Shown here: positions 46,530 through 55,406 of the stretch, one piece after another | How the letters are laid out: every line of letters starts with the position of its first letter | How positions within the stretch are numbered: the stretch's first letter is position 1 | Translations under genes and position numbers: made by a program | Notes under the pieces: generated by a model | What the model saw: only the letters and a program-made list of their open reading frames with translations | The model's database searches: none | What the model was told of the DNA's origin: nothing | NCBI GenBank assembly: GCA_963813295.1 | Contig: CAWEYN010000004.1 | Span: 3,058 to 67,057, forward strand | Direction: 5' to 3' | Length of the DNA stretch: 64,000 bases | Source of the DNA: an uncultured Nitrospira sp. | GTDB taxonomy: Bacteria; Nitrospirota; Thermodesulfovibrionia; Thermodesulfovibrionales; UBA6898

Positions 46530-48870
46530 ATGGAGAGATTACATACAATAGCAGACCTTAAGAAAATTAAGAAAACAGCTTACAGAAGAGACCTTCAGAC
46601 CCGAGGTCCCGAGGATCAGGCTCTGCAGCGGGACAGCCTGCACAGCAACAGGCACCAATAAGGTCGTTGCCGCCATTGAGGAAGAGTCAGGCACAAGGGG
46701 GCTTGAGGTAGATGTTGTAAAGACAGGCTGCCAGGGTCTGTGCCAGAAGGGGCCGGTCATGAAGGTGGAGCCCCAGGGCATATTCTACCAGAAGGTAAAG
46801 CCTGAGCACGCGAAATCGATTCTGGCCTATACTGTGCAGGGCGGTCAGCCTTTCCGACAGAGCCTTTACAGGGACAGCTTTTTAAGCGAACCGGTCCCTG
46901 AGATGATGAATGTGCCGTTTTATAAAAAGCAGCTCAGGATCGCCCTTAGGAACAACGGGCTTATAGATCCGCGTAATATATCACATTATATCGCGGTCGG
47001 GGGCTATGCTGCGCTTGAAAAGGCTCTTGGCTCAATGACCCCGGATGACGTACTTAACGAAGTTGACAGGGCGAATCTCAGAGGCAGGGGCGGAGCAGGA
47101 TTTCCAGCCGGAAGGAAATGGCACCATACAAAAAGCGCCAAAGGCAAAGTCAAGTTTGTTATTGCAAACGGTGACGAGGGAGACCCGGGGGCCTTTATGG
47201 ACAGGTCAGTTATGGAAGGCGACCCCCACAGCCTTTTTGAAGGGATGATGCTCTGTGCGTACGCTATTGGCGCTGAATACGGGATTGTTTACGTCAGACA
47301 TGAATATCCCCTGGCAGTGAAAAACCTCGAAATCGCGATAAGGCAGGCAGAGGAAGCCGGAATTCTTGGCAAGAACATACTCGGTTCAGGATTTAATTTT
47401 ACCATGGATATCCGCGAGGGCGCGGGGGCATTTGTCTGTGGCGAGTCTACAGCGCTGGTTGCGTCGATCGAAGGTGAAAGGGGTTTCCCCAGACCGAGGC
47501 CGCCAAGGCTTTCCGAGGCTGGAGGAGGGGCATGGGGGTATCCGAGCAACCTCAATAATATAGAGACATATGCATGTGTACCTCCTATTATAGAGAAGGG
47601 TTCAGACTGGTTTCTCGGCATCGGCACGAAAACATCACCTGGCACGAAGGTCTTTGCACTGACTGGCAAGGTAAAGAATACAGGGCTTGTCGAGGTCCCG
47701 ATGGGTATGACTCTCCGCGAAATTATCTTCGATATCGGAGGTGGCATCATCGGCGATAAGGAGATTAAAGCTGTTCAGACCGGAGGTCCGTCGGGAGGAT
47801 GTATCCCCAAGAGTTATCTCGACCTGCCGGTGGATTTCGATTCTCTCACAAAGGTGGGCTCCATGATGGGCTCAGGCGGAATGGTTGTCCTGGATGAAGA
47901 TACATGCATGGTCGATGTGGCCAAATACTTCCTCTCCTTCACCCAGTCGGAGTCTTGCGGAAAGTGCCCTCCCTGCAGGATTGGAACATATCAGATGCTC
48001 CAGATACTTGAGAGGATCACCTCCGGCGGCGGCCAAGCAGGGGATATCACAAAGCTGGTGGAATTGGGCAAACATATTCAGAAGGGGGCCCTTTGCGGTC
48101 TTGGCCAAAGCGCGCCCAACCCTGTCCTGAGCACGATCAAGTATTTCAGGGAAGAATATGAAGAACATATCCACGACAAGTTCTGCCGGGCAAACGCCTG
48201 CAGCGGTCTTGGCGTATTTCTGATAAATCAGGCCGAATGCATCAAGTGCGGTCTTTGCAAGCAGGCATGCGCCTTTGATGCGGTAGTGGAGACAAGGGAC
48301 ATTTATTATATTGACCGGGAATACTGCACAAAGTGCAAGGCATGTCACACGGCTTGCCCCGTAGGGGCGGTGAAGATAAGGAAACAGAGGCATCTTAAGC
48401 TTGAAGAGGAGTTTAAGATCCCATCGGAGAGTATTGAAATAATGGAAAGGAGGGCCAGAATGACCCTAAATGATATTTTGGAATCTAAGCCATCTGTTGG
48501 TGTCATAACAGTGTCGCAGGAAACCACTGCTGCAGAGGCAATCCGGATCATGACAGACCGGAACATAAGCGCTGTTATTGTCGTGGACAAAAACGACACA
48601 CTGACTGGTATGTTCACCGAGAGGGACGTGGTCCACTGCGTGGAGAAGAACATTGCGCTTGATAAAGTGCCTGTAAAGGATGTGATGGGCCGGGACATAA
48701 TCACGTTTGAGCCGTCCACTGAGATAAGCGCCGCAATCTCGGTCATCGCAAGGAAAAAGGTGCGGCATATCCCTGTTGTCGAAGGCGGCAAGATTATGGG
48801 AATCGTGACTTACAGAGACCTTGTCTCCTATGTGCTGCCGGAGTTAATTTACATGGCAGAAGACATGTAG
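46530..48870 (+). CDS. NuoF/HydB-like FMN/NADH flavoprotein with N-terminal [2Fe-2S]-type domain, C-terminal 2x[4Fe-4S] ferredoxin domain and a fused CBS pair; extra A in the A-run 46572-46575
   Basis: ATG 46530 reads MERLHTIADLKKIKK. After one surplus A the main frame reads QLTEETFRPEVPRIRLCSGTACTATGTNKVVAAIEEE...TGCQGLCQKGPVMKVEP and continues into ORF 46759..48870. Motifs are GRGGAGFPAGRKW (FMN), ESCGKCPPCRIG (N3 cluster), CIKCGLCKQAC and CTKCKACHTACP. The last ~135 aa are two CBS motifs. Confidence 0.85.
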
Positions 48871-48881
48871 TGAGGGAAGAT

Positions 48882-49484
48882 ATGGCAGAACTGAAAGAAG
48901 ACAAGACGAATGAACCAAAAGTAGATGATATCAAGGCAGCTGCCGAGGAAAAGGGGTGCCCTGTTCAAAAGGCGAAGTATTACGTCACGGAGTTTCTCGC
49001 TGGTCCGATGTGCGGCAAGTGTCTTCCCTGCGCCCTGGGCAGTTATGAGGCAGCGGTGAGGCTGGATAGGCTGGTTGAAGGCAGAGGAGGGGAGGCTGAT
49101 ATTGTTGCCCTCAGAAGGATAGCGACTGAGATGCTTGAGGGGTCGAGGTGCAAGAAGGGAAAAGATACGGCCAAGTTTATCCTCGATTGGATGGAGACCG
49201 GCGTGTTCAGGGAACATATCGAGGGCAGATGTCCTGACCAAAAATGCCTCGCCTTTATCGAGTACCGGGTTGTTCCTGAGAAATGCACGATGTGCGGACT
49301 CTGCAAGGATGCTTGCCATCATGGGGCTGTCCATGGGGACAAGAGAAAACCGTTTCTCAGCGGCTACCGGCCTTTTGAGATAAGACAGAAGAAATGCGTG
49401 AAGTGCGATGAATGCAGGAAGGTCTGCCCTGAAGAGGCTATTGTGATCCTGGATATAAAGAAGAAAGAACCTGTAGGAGTTTAG
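48882..49484 (+). CDS. Fe-S protein: stand-alone NuoF-C-terminal-like [4Fe-4S] module fused to a 2x[4Fe-4S] ferredoxin domain
   Basis: PMCGKCLPCALGSYEA resembles the NuoF N3-cluster motif (compare ESCGKCPPCRIG in the preceding gene). Then CTMCGLCKDACHHGA and CVKCDECRKVCP. GAGGGA lies upstream of ATG 48882 (the ORF track starts at GTG 48870). Confidence 0.7.
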   Translation: MAELKEDKTNEPKVDDIKAAAEEKGCPVQKAKYYVTEFLAGPMCGKCLPCALGSYEAAVRLDRLVEGRGGEADIVALRRIATEMLEGSRCKKGKDTAKFILDWMETGVFREHIEGRCPDQKCLAFIEYRVVPEKCTMCGLCKDACHHGAVHGDKRKPFLSGYRPFEIRQKKCVKCDECRKVCPEEAIVILDIKKKEPVGV

Positions 49485-49585
49485 CTGTTCCGGACAGCAG
49501 CAGGGAGAAGACATTTTTACGGGATCTGAGATCCTGAATTAACAAGTGAATAGAAATTGATAATATCGACAACGCGGAGGTTTCA

Positions 49586-51608
49586 ATGGCAAAGGTGATA
49601 AATCTTACGATAGACGGGAAAGAGGCGCAAGCCCCGGAGGGATCGACACTGATCGATGCTGCGGAGATGAACGGGATACATATTCCCAATCTCTGCTATC
49701 TGAAGGGGATGAAGGGCATAGGTGCCTGCCGGCTCTGCCTTGTGGAGATCGAGGGGATGAAGGCGCCGATGATATCCTGCACCACGAAGGTGAAGGAAGG
49801 AATGGTTGTCAATACCCGGACTGAAAAGGTGCAGGAGGTCAGAAAATTTGTCATCGACCTTATCCTCTCTATGCATCCCCTGGATTGCATGACATGTACA
49901 AAGGCCGGCGTATGCAACCTTCAGCAGTATGCATATGACTTCGAGATAAAGGAGTCGAACTTCACGAGAAAGAAATTCGGTTATCCGGTTGATCAGTCAA
50001 ACCCCTTTATAAAGAGAGACCCTGAATACTGCGTTCTCTGCAGCAGGTGCATAAGGATCTGCAAGGCCCAGGGTACGAATGTGCTCGAATTCTCAGGCAG
50101 GGGTGTTGGCGCCAAAGTTGTAACGGCAAAAGACACGCCGCTTCAGGAATCGGACTGCACCTTCTGCGGAAACTGTATTGATGTATGTCCTGTCAATGCA
50201 CTTTTGGAATCTGACCGCTGGAGAAAGGGCAGGGAATGGGAGTATACGAAGACCGCCTCAGTGTGCCTTTCCTGCGGCAATGGCTGCAGCACCATCGTCA
50301 GCACAAAAGACGGAGAGGTGATGAAGATAAACTCTGGCGCAGCTGAAGGTGCAGCTGAGCGTTTTCTGTGTGCTGTCGGCAGGTTCGGCTTTGACAGCAT
50401 AAAAGGAGATATGCGTGTGACCGTGCCGATGAAGAGGGTAGACGGCAAACTTATAGAGACCTCCTGGGAGGACGCGATAGCTACGGCTGCTGAAAAACTC
50501 AAGGCTGCCGGAACTGAAGCCGCCTTTATCAGCAGCGGCAACATTCTCAATGAGGATGCTGCATTGATGAAAAAACTGGCTGCTGATGTTGTAAAGACAA
50601 AAAATATTGATTCAACTGTCAGCCTGTATTCTGAATATGATGCTATGAACACCGCGACCGCAGACCTTGAAAATGCAGACCTCTTTGTCCTGGTCGGGCT
50701 TGCGCCGGACCAGTGGAAGAGGGTCCTGCCTGCCCTTGACGCGATCGTGAGAAAGCGGATGAACGAAGGTGGGGCCAAGCTCCTGGTGCTCAATTCCGGT
50801 GAGCCTAAGATAGCGTCTGTTGCAACCGCTTTTCTGAAAGGCGACGAGATCAGCATGCTTGAGCAACTCGGACAGGCCGTTATCTCTAAGGGTGTAAAGG
50901 CCCCGAAGGAGATGATAGAGGCCCTGGCGCATGTGAATCCTTCTGACTGCTGCCATGAACGCGGCTGATATCTTTCAGGCAGCAAAGGCTCCTGTAATAC
51001 TGGCGTCACCGTCATTATACAAAGCAGCAGCGAACCTTTCTCTTATCAGGGGTGCAGCTGTCGCAATCCCCCTTGAGGCCAATGCAAAGGGAGTGGTGCT
51101 CACAGGCATGACAACAGAGGGAAAGAAATTCAGCGAGATCGTTTCTTCCAAGACAGATGTTCTTTACGCTGTCGGAGAAATGCCGGTGAAAACCAGACCT
51201 GATACCGGGTTTCTGGTAGTGCAGACATCGTACATGACCGATCTTGCAATACAGGCTGATCTGATATTGCCGTCTGCAGCCGCCCTTGAATCTGATGGAA
51301 CGATCATTGATTTCCTCGGAAGGATCAAAGAGGTGAACAAAACCTGTGAGCCTGCCGGCGCATCAAGACAGAACTCTGATATCTTCATGGCTGTGGCAGC
51401 TGCGATGGGGACACCGCTGAAAATGGTGAAGGACACTGACATCAAAAAGGCGGCAAAGGCAAAAGTCAAAGTCGCTTTCTCGCCATTCAAGAGGGACAAA
51501 GGACTGGACATCGATGTCGAACAGTTCATAGACGATATGAGGATATCGACGATCAACGGTTCAAGACTGCTTTGGCTGAAGGAGTTGGAGAAGACTGTAG
51601 CTGTGTAA
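49586..51608 (+). CDS. NuoG-like multi-cluster Fe-S subunit with a truncated molybdopterin-oxidoreductase-like domain; frameshift near 50950
   Basis: [2Fe-2S] CYLKGMKGIGACRLCLVEIEG...SCTT. His-ligated cluster HPLDCMTCTKAGVCNLQ. CVLCSRCIRIC, CTFCGNCIDVCP, and the MopB-type CLSCGNGC. ORF 49586..50968 joins ORF 50955..51608 at HVNPSD|(A)AMNAADIFQAAKAPVILASP. No hydrogenase H-cluster motifs were seen. Confidence 0.8.
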
Positions 51609-51639
51609 GAAGCTGAGAATTTCTTAGAATTTTTTTAAA

Positions 51640-51671
51640 GGGGCACCCAGATCTCTGGATGCCCTTTTTTT
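51640..51671 (+). terminator. Rho-independent terminator of the nuoEFG-like operon
   Basis: GGGGCACCCAG-atct-CTGGATGCCC is followed by TTTTTTT, 32 nt after the stop at 51608. Confidence 0.75.
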
Positions 51672-51735
51672 ATGTTATAAAATTGTGAAGTATCATAATA
51701 ATGCAGTCTTGGTTTCCGTGCCATACCGCAGTGGC

Positions 51736-52016
51736 TAATCCCGAATACCTCGAAATAATGGATAGGGTCTGTAAACTGTATGGACTGGCGGAAGAAGAGA
51801 TTACAGCCGGCGGGAAGCAGAGATATCCATCAGAGTCTGTGGAATGATCGCTCATTTGGTTCGGGAAGTGGGCGGATTGTCGCTGATTTGGGCAGACGGA
51901 TTAATCGAGACGTAAGCAGTCTGAGAGCGGCTGCTGCTGAGAGTGTATTAAGCCGATCAAGAGAGGACCGCCATATCGGAAAAAGTAAGCAATTACTTGA
52001 AAAAGTTTTACTGTAA
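51736..52016 (+). pseudogene. Remnant of the C-terminal HTH (DnaA-C-like) domain found in REP-associated/IS200-like transposase-type proteins, in three frames
   Basis: PEYLEIMDRVCKLYGLAEEEITAGGKQRYPSESV, then another frame GMIAHLVREVGGLSL, then another ADLGRRINRDVSSLRAAAAESVLSRSREDRHIGKSKQLLEKVLL*. The catalytic N-terminal domain is absent, because the upstream sequence is the terminator. Family assignment is from memory. Confidence 0.4.
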
Positions 52017-52222
52017 ATACTAAAGAATGTTTGACTCCAGCCACTTTGACAGGGAATCTTAAACACTAAGCAAGACCATATTGCGCTGGTTTTTATTTCT
52101 GTCTATCAATATTTTATCGATTAATACTGATTTTCTTGCTATGATTAATTTAAGGGATTTAAGAAAATGGATAGGCCTGACTTGGAAAATACTAAACGAA
52201 TCAGCACTGAAGATGAGGTCTG

Positions 52223-52819
52223 ATGAAGCTCAACAAAAATCCTTTTGACAAAGAGCTTGTTGACTTTATCTTTTCGGAGATGCCTCTGGGAGTAATTGTG
52301 TTTGATGCTGCAATGAACATTACCTACCAAAACAGGAGGGCCGGGAACTTCCTCCAGCGCTATCACCTTCCTGCCGAAGTAACGAACGTCTGCGGAAGAA
52401 TATTTGAAGCGATGAAAGCCGGAAAGATCGAGGCATTGTTTCCTGGAGAGGTTATTATGTACCAGAATATAGACGGCGCGCCGAACAGATGGATCATCAG
52501 CCTTCATATCTGCAAAGAACCCAGACAGTTTGTCTCTGTTTTCATGAGCGAAGAAAAGATGTCCAATAAAATCAACGTCAATAAAGCGAGAATGCAATAC
52601 AGGCTCACCAGAAGGGAAACAGATGTAGTCAGACGCGTTATCGATGGCCGCAGTAATGAAGAAATAGCCGAAGATTTAGGCATAGCAACGCAGACGGTAA
52701 AAGATCACCTGAGCAATATCTACATGAAATGCATGGTCGGCAACAGATTCGGACTGATATGCAAACTCACGAACTATCAGGAGCCGGAAACAGTCCCGCC
52801 TGTGTTCCCGGAGGATTGA
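52223..52819 (+). CDS. LuxR/FixJ-type transcriptional regulator with an N-terminal PAS-like sensor
   Basis: C-terminal HTH LTRRETDVVRRVIDGRSNEEIAEDLGIATQTVKDHLSNIYMKC. N-terminal segment LVDFIFSEMPLGVIVFDAAMNITYQNRRA is PAS-like. Confidence 0.8.
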   Translation: MKLNKNPFDKELVDFIFSEMPLGVIVFDAAMNITYQNRRAGNFLQRYHLPAEVTNVCGRIFEAMKAGKIEALFPGEVIMYQNIDGAPNRWIISLHICKEPRQFVSVFMSEEKMSNKINVNKARMQYRLTRRETDVVRRVIDGRSNEEIAEDLGIATQTVKDHLSNIYMKCMVGNRFGLICKLTNYQEPETVPPVFPED

Positions 52820-52939
52820 AACTTTTTCTCTGTCCCGCCGATATTTTCTCCTGGCCTGGAGGAGTCTTCAATCTTTCCTGAAAGTGGTAATATGTTAATA
52901 AGGCAGTATGCGCTGACTCTCTGGTGAAAGGAGAAAGAC

Positions 52940-53053
52940 ATGGAGAAAGAAAGTTTCTCGAGGAAAATAAGTTTTTTAAGGTCTGGTTGGTGGGTTATAC
53001 ATTTTTTAGGAATATCTTTTGTATATGCCCTCGGCCATATTCTTTGGAGATAA
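52940..53053 (+). CDS. Micro-ORF 1 (37 aa), single TM helix, motif GWWVIH...LGH
   Basis: AAAGGAG lies 6 nt before the ATG. Product MEKESFSRKISFLRSGWWVIHFLGISFVYALGHILWR. It is paralogous to the next ORF and below the ORF-track size cutoff. Confidence 0.55.
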   Translation: MEKESFSRKISFLRSGWWVIHFLGISFVYALGHILWR

Positions 53054-53054
53054 C

Positions 53055-53159
53055 ATGCTGAGGCATTTCATGAGATACAAGCCCGGATGGTGGATTCTCC
53101 ATATCATTGTTGTTTCACTAACCTTTTATCTGGGTCACATGATGACTTTTTCGTTTTAG
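53055..53159 (+). CDS. Micro-ORF 2 (34 aa), single TM helix, motif GWWILH...LGH
   Basis: Starts 1 nt after the micro-ORF 1 stop. Product MLRHFMRYKPGWWILHIIVVSLTFYLGHMMTFSF. The shared pattern is G-W-W-(V/I)-(I/L)-H-x3-(I/V)-S-x2-(V/F)-Y-x-L-G-H. Confidence 0.55.
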   Translation: MLRHFMRYKPGWWILHIIVVSLTFYLGHMMTFSF

Positions 53160-53166
53160 GCTTGAC

Positions 53167-53577
53167 ATGAAGAAGAACACATTACTTCTGGCATTGTTCC
53201 TGTTGGCGTTATCAGGGTTGATGCTTCATTACCGGGTCCATAATTTTATGGTTGCCGACAAATTGCATCCAGGCAATTTCATATTCAACAGCACGAAATT
53301 CTTTGCCACGCTCTTTCCATTAATCGATGTCATATTGGTTACTGTCCTTTTCATGTCGCGGAGGACTGCAGTGTACGGCTACCTACTGAATGGTCTCATT
53401 GTTATTTATGGGACAATTTTTATGGCCCATTTCAGCGTTGCAGAGATGACTGCCAGGACCATCCCGCTCCAGGCCATGTTCCTGAAGTCAACTCTCCCGG
53501 ATATCGGAATTGCATGGGCAGACTTTTTCATTGGCAAGGCACTCTATAATCTGTACATGAAAGGACCGGCACAGTAA
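53167..53577 (+). CDS. Hypothetical 4-TM membrane protein (136 aa), same tight gene string as the two micro-ORFs
   Basis: Starts 7 nt after micro-ORF 2. Four hydrophobic helices with conserved-looking His residues (LMLHYRVHNF, IFMAHFSV). No family recognised. Confidence 0.6.
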   Translation: MKKNTLLLALFLLALSGLMLHYRVHNFMVADKLHPGNFIFNSTKFFATLFPLIDVILVTVLFMSRRTAVYGYLLNGLIVIYGTIFMAHFSVAEMTARTIPLQAMFLKSTLPDIGIAWADFFIGKALYNLYMKGPAQ

Positions 53578-53623
53578 AGCTCCTAATATAGCTCATGAAG
53601 AAAATCAGAAAATAAGTCCTACT

Positions 53624-53698
53624 CCCGGTGTCCCTCATTTCCGCGAAAACCGGAATCCAGGATCTGCTGGAAACACCGGGTTCCTGCTTCAGCGGGAA
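53624..53698. repeat. Cluster of REP-like hairpins (TTCCG-cgaaaac-CGGAA, TCCAG-N5-CTGGA, TTCCTGC-ttca-GCGGGAA) enclosed by CCCGGTGT/ACACCGGG
   Basis: cccggtgt (53624-31) pairs with acaccggg (53673-80). Two internal stem-loops sit between them, and a fourth hairpin is at 53681-53698. The words resemble the widespread TTCCCGCGAAAGCGGGAATCCAG palindromic element of anaerobe genomes (from recollection). A decayed relative (tggattccc...gaatgacgg) lies at 32281-32311. Confidence 0.45.
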
Positions 53699-53790
53699 TT
53701 GCAGGGAGCGGGCCTCAGCGCAGACTAAAAAGATGTTATAATACCCTGGCGTTACAGTCTTTGAAACAATGCTGTTGTACAGGAGGGCAA

Positions 53791-54838
53791 ATGTCGGCTT
53801 TCGTAGAATCGCTAAAAATATCGTCTTCTCCCTATATAAACGCTTTGATTTCAGTGCTTGCCTTTGTCATTATCGCAAAGCTCGCGGATTTTTTCGTCGA
53901 CAGGGTGCTCAGGAGATTCACAAAGTCCACAAAGACGGACATAGACGACAGAATCATAGATTTTATTCATAAACCGGTATTTTTTACGGTTATTATAATA
54001 GGTATCGTACTGGCGATCTCTGATCTCAGGCCGTCTCCTGAAGTTTTTTTTTACAGCAGCGGTGTTTTGTATTCCATACTGACTGTGCTCTGGTGCGTTA
54101 CAATTATCAGGATCAGCAATTCAGTTATAGAACACGGGATCAGGAGGGTTTCGGATGTAACAGGACTGAGCAATGACATCATCCCTCTCGCAGAAAATAT
54201 TTCAAAGATTGCAATTATCATTGCCGGCCTCATGGTTATCCTCTCTCTGTGGAAGGTGAACATCACCCCGCTCATCGCATCAGCGGGTATCGCAGGAGCT
54301 GCCGTTGCCTTTGCTGCAAAGGACACCATCGCCAACTTTTTCGGCGGGATAAGTGTATTCGTGGACAAACCGTTTATCAATCGGAGACTATATTGTTCTG
54401 GACAAAGGCGAAAGAGGGGAGGTAGTGGCGATAGGTGTGAGAAGCACGCGCATCAAAACAAGGGATGATATCCAGATTACCGTCCCGAACTCGGTGATAG
54501 CTAACACTAAAATTATCAATGAAAGCGCGCCGGAGCCGAACTTCAGGGTGCGTATCCCGGTCTCTGTTGCCTATGGCAGCGACATCGATCAGTTGGATAA
54601 AATACTGCTGGATATCGCAACAGGGAATGAAAATGTCCTTTTATCGCCTGCCCCTGCTGTGAGGTTCAGGGAATTTGGAGAGTCGTCCCTTAATATTGAA
54701 CTCCTCTGTTGGGCAAAAGAGCCGGCTATCAGAGGGCTTATAGTGCATCAATTAAACTGCACGATCTATAAAAAGTTTAATGAAGCAGGCATAAAGATCC
54801 CGTTTCCGCAGAGGGACGTACATCTGCATAAAACATAG
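53791..54838 (+). CDS. MscS-family small-conductance mechanosensitive channel; 1-nt insertion at about 54376
   Basis: AGGAGG lies 4 nt before ATG 53791. TM3/pore region ASAGIAGAAVAFAAKDTIANFFGGISVFVDKPF, then after a surplus A SIGDYIVLDKGERGEVVAIGVRSTRIKTRDDIQITVPNS (beta domain) in ORF 54353..54838. Confidence 0.85.
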
Positions 54839-54984
54839 TTCTTGGCTCAATGAGAAGGTGTTGAGCAGAGAGTGTGCATGAAAACATGCTGAGATGGAAG
54901 ACAAACATGAGGTCTTTTAGCGCGGTAGGAGAATGCTCTTTCAAAAGAGCTGGGATTACTCCATGAAAAAATATTACGGCTCTG

Positions 54985-55155
54985 TTATTTCTCTATCTTT
55001 GCTTTATCATCATCCGGATCTGCAGCTATACCCTTCTTGAAACCCCTGATGGCCTCTCCAAGGCTTTTGCCTAGAGACGGGAGTTTACTGGGACCGAAGA
55101 AAACAAGAGCGATAATCAGTACAATCATCATTTCAGGCAAACCCATACCAAACAT
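54985..55155 (-). CDS. tatA: Twin-arginine translocase subunit TatA/E (56 aa); missed by the ORF track
   Basis: AGGAGG lies 7 nt upstream of the ATG. Product MFGMGLPEMMIVLIIALVFFGPSKLPSLGKSLGEAIRGFKKGIAADPDDDKAKIEK, with the canonical TatA TM-hinge-amphipathic helix signature. Confidence 0.9.
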   Translation of the reverse strand: MFGMGLPEMMIVLIIALVFFGPSKLPSLGKSLGEAIRGFKKGIAADPDDDKAKIEK

Positions 55156-55406
55156 TTTATTCCTCCTGTTAATGCTTCTTGCCGAATTCTGTTAAAGATC
55201 CAACAACAATTTAATACTAGCATCCTGACTGGAATTTATCAAATGTATGCCGAACAGCACCTGTGATTGATCAGCAGACCAAAATAATCATCGGCGGCCT
55301 GAATTGAGATGGCGGACAGAATCAATGCGCCGGCTTTTTTACTTGTCCAAGAATAACATCATTATAGTATGCTAAAGAAAACTCATATGACAGGCCTGGA
55401 AGATAG

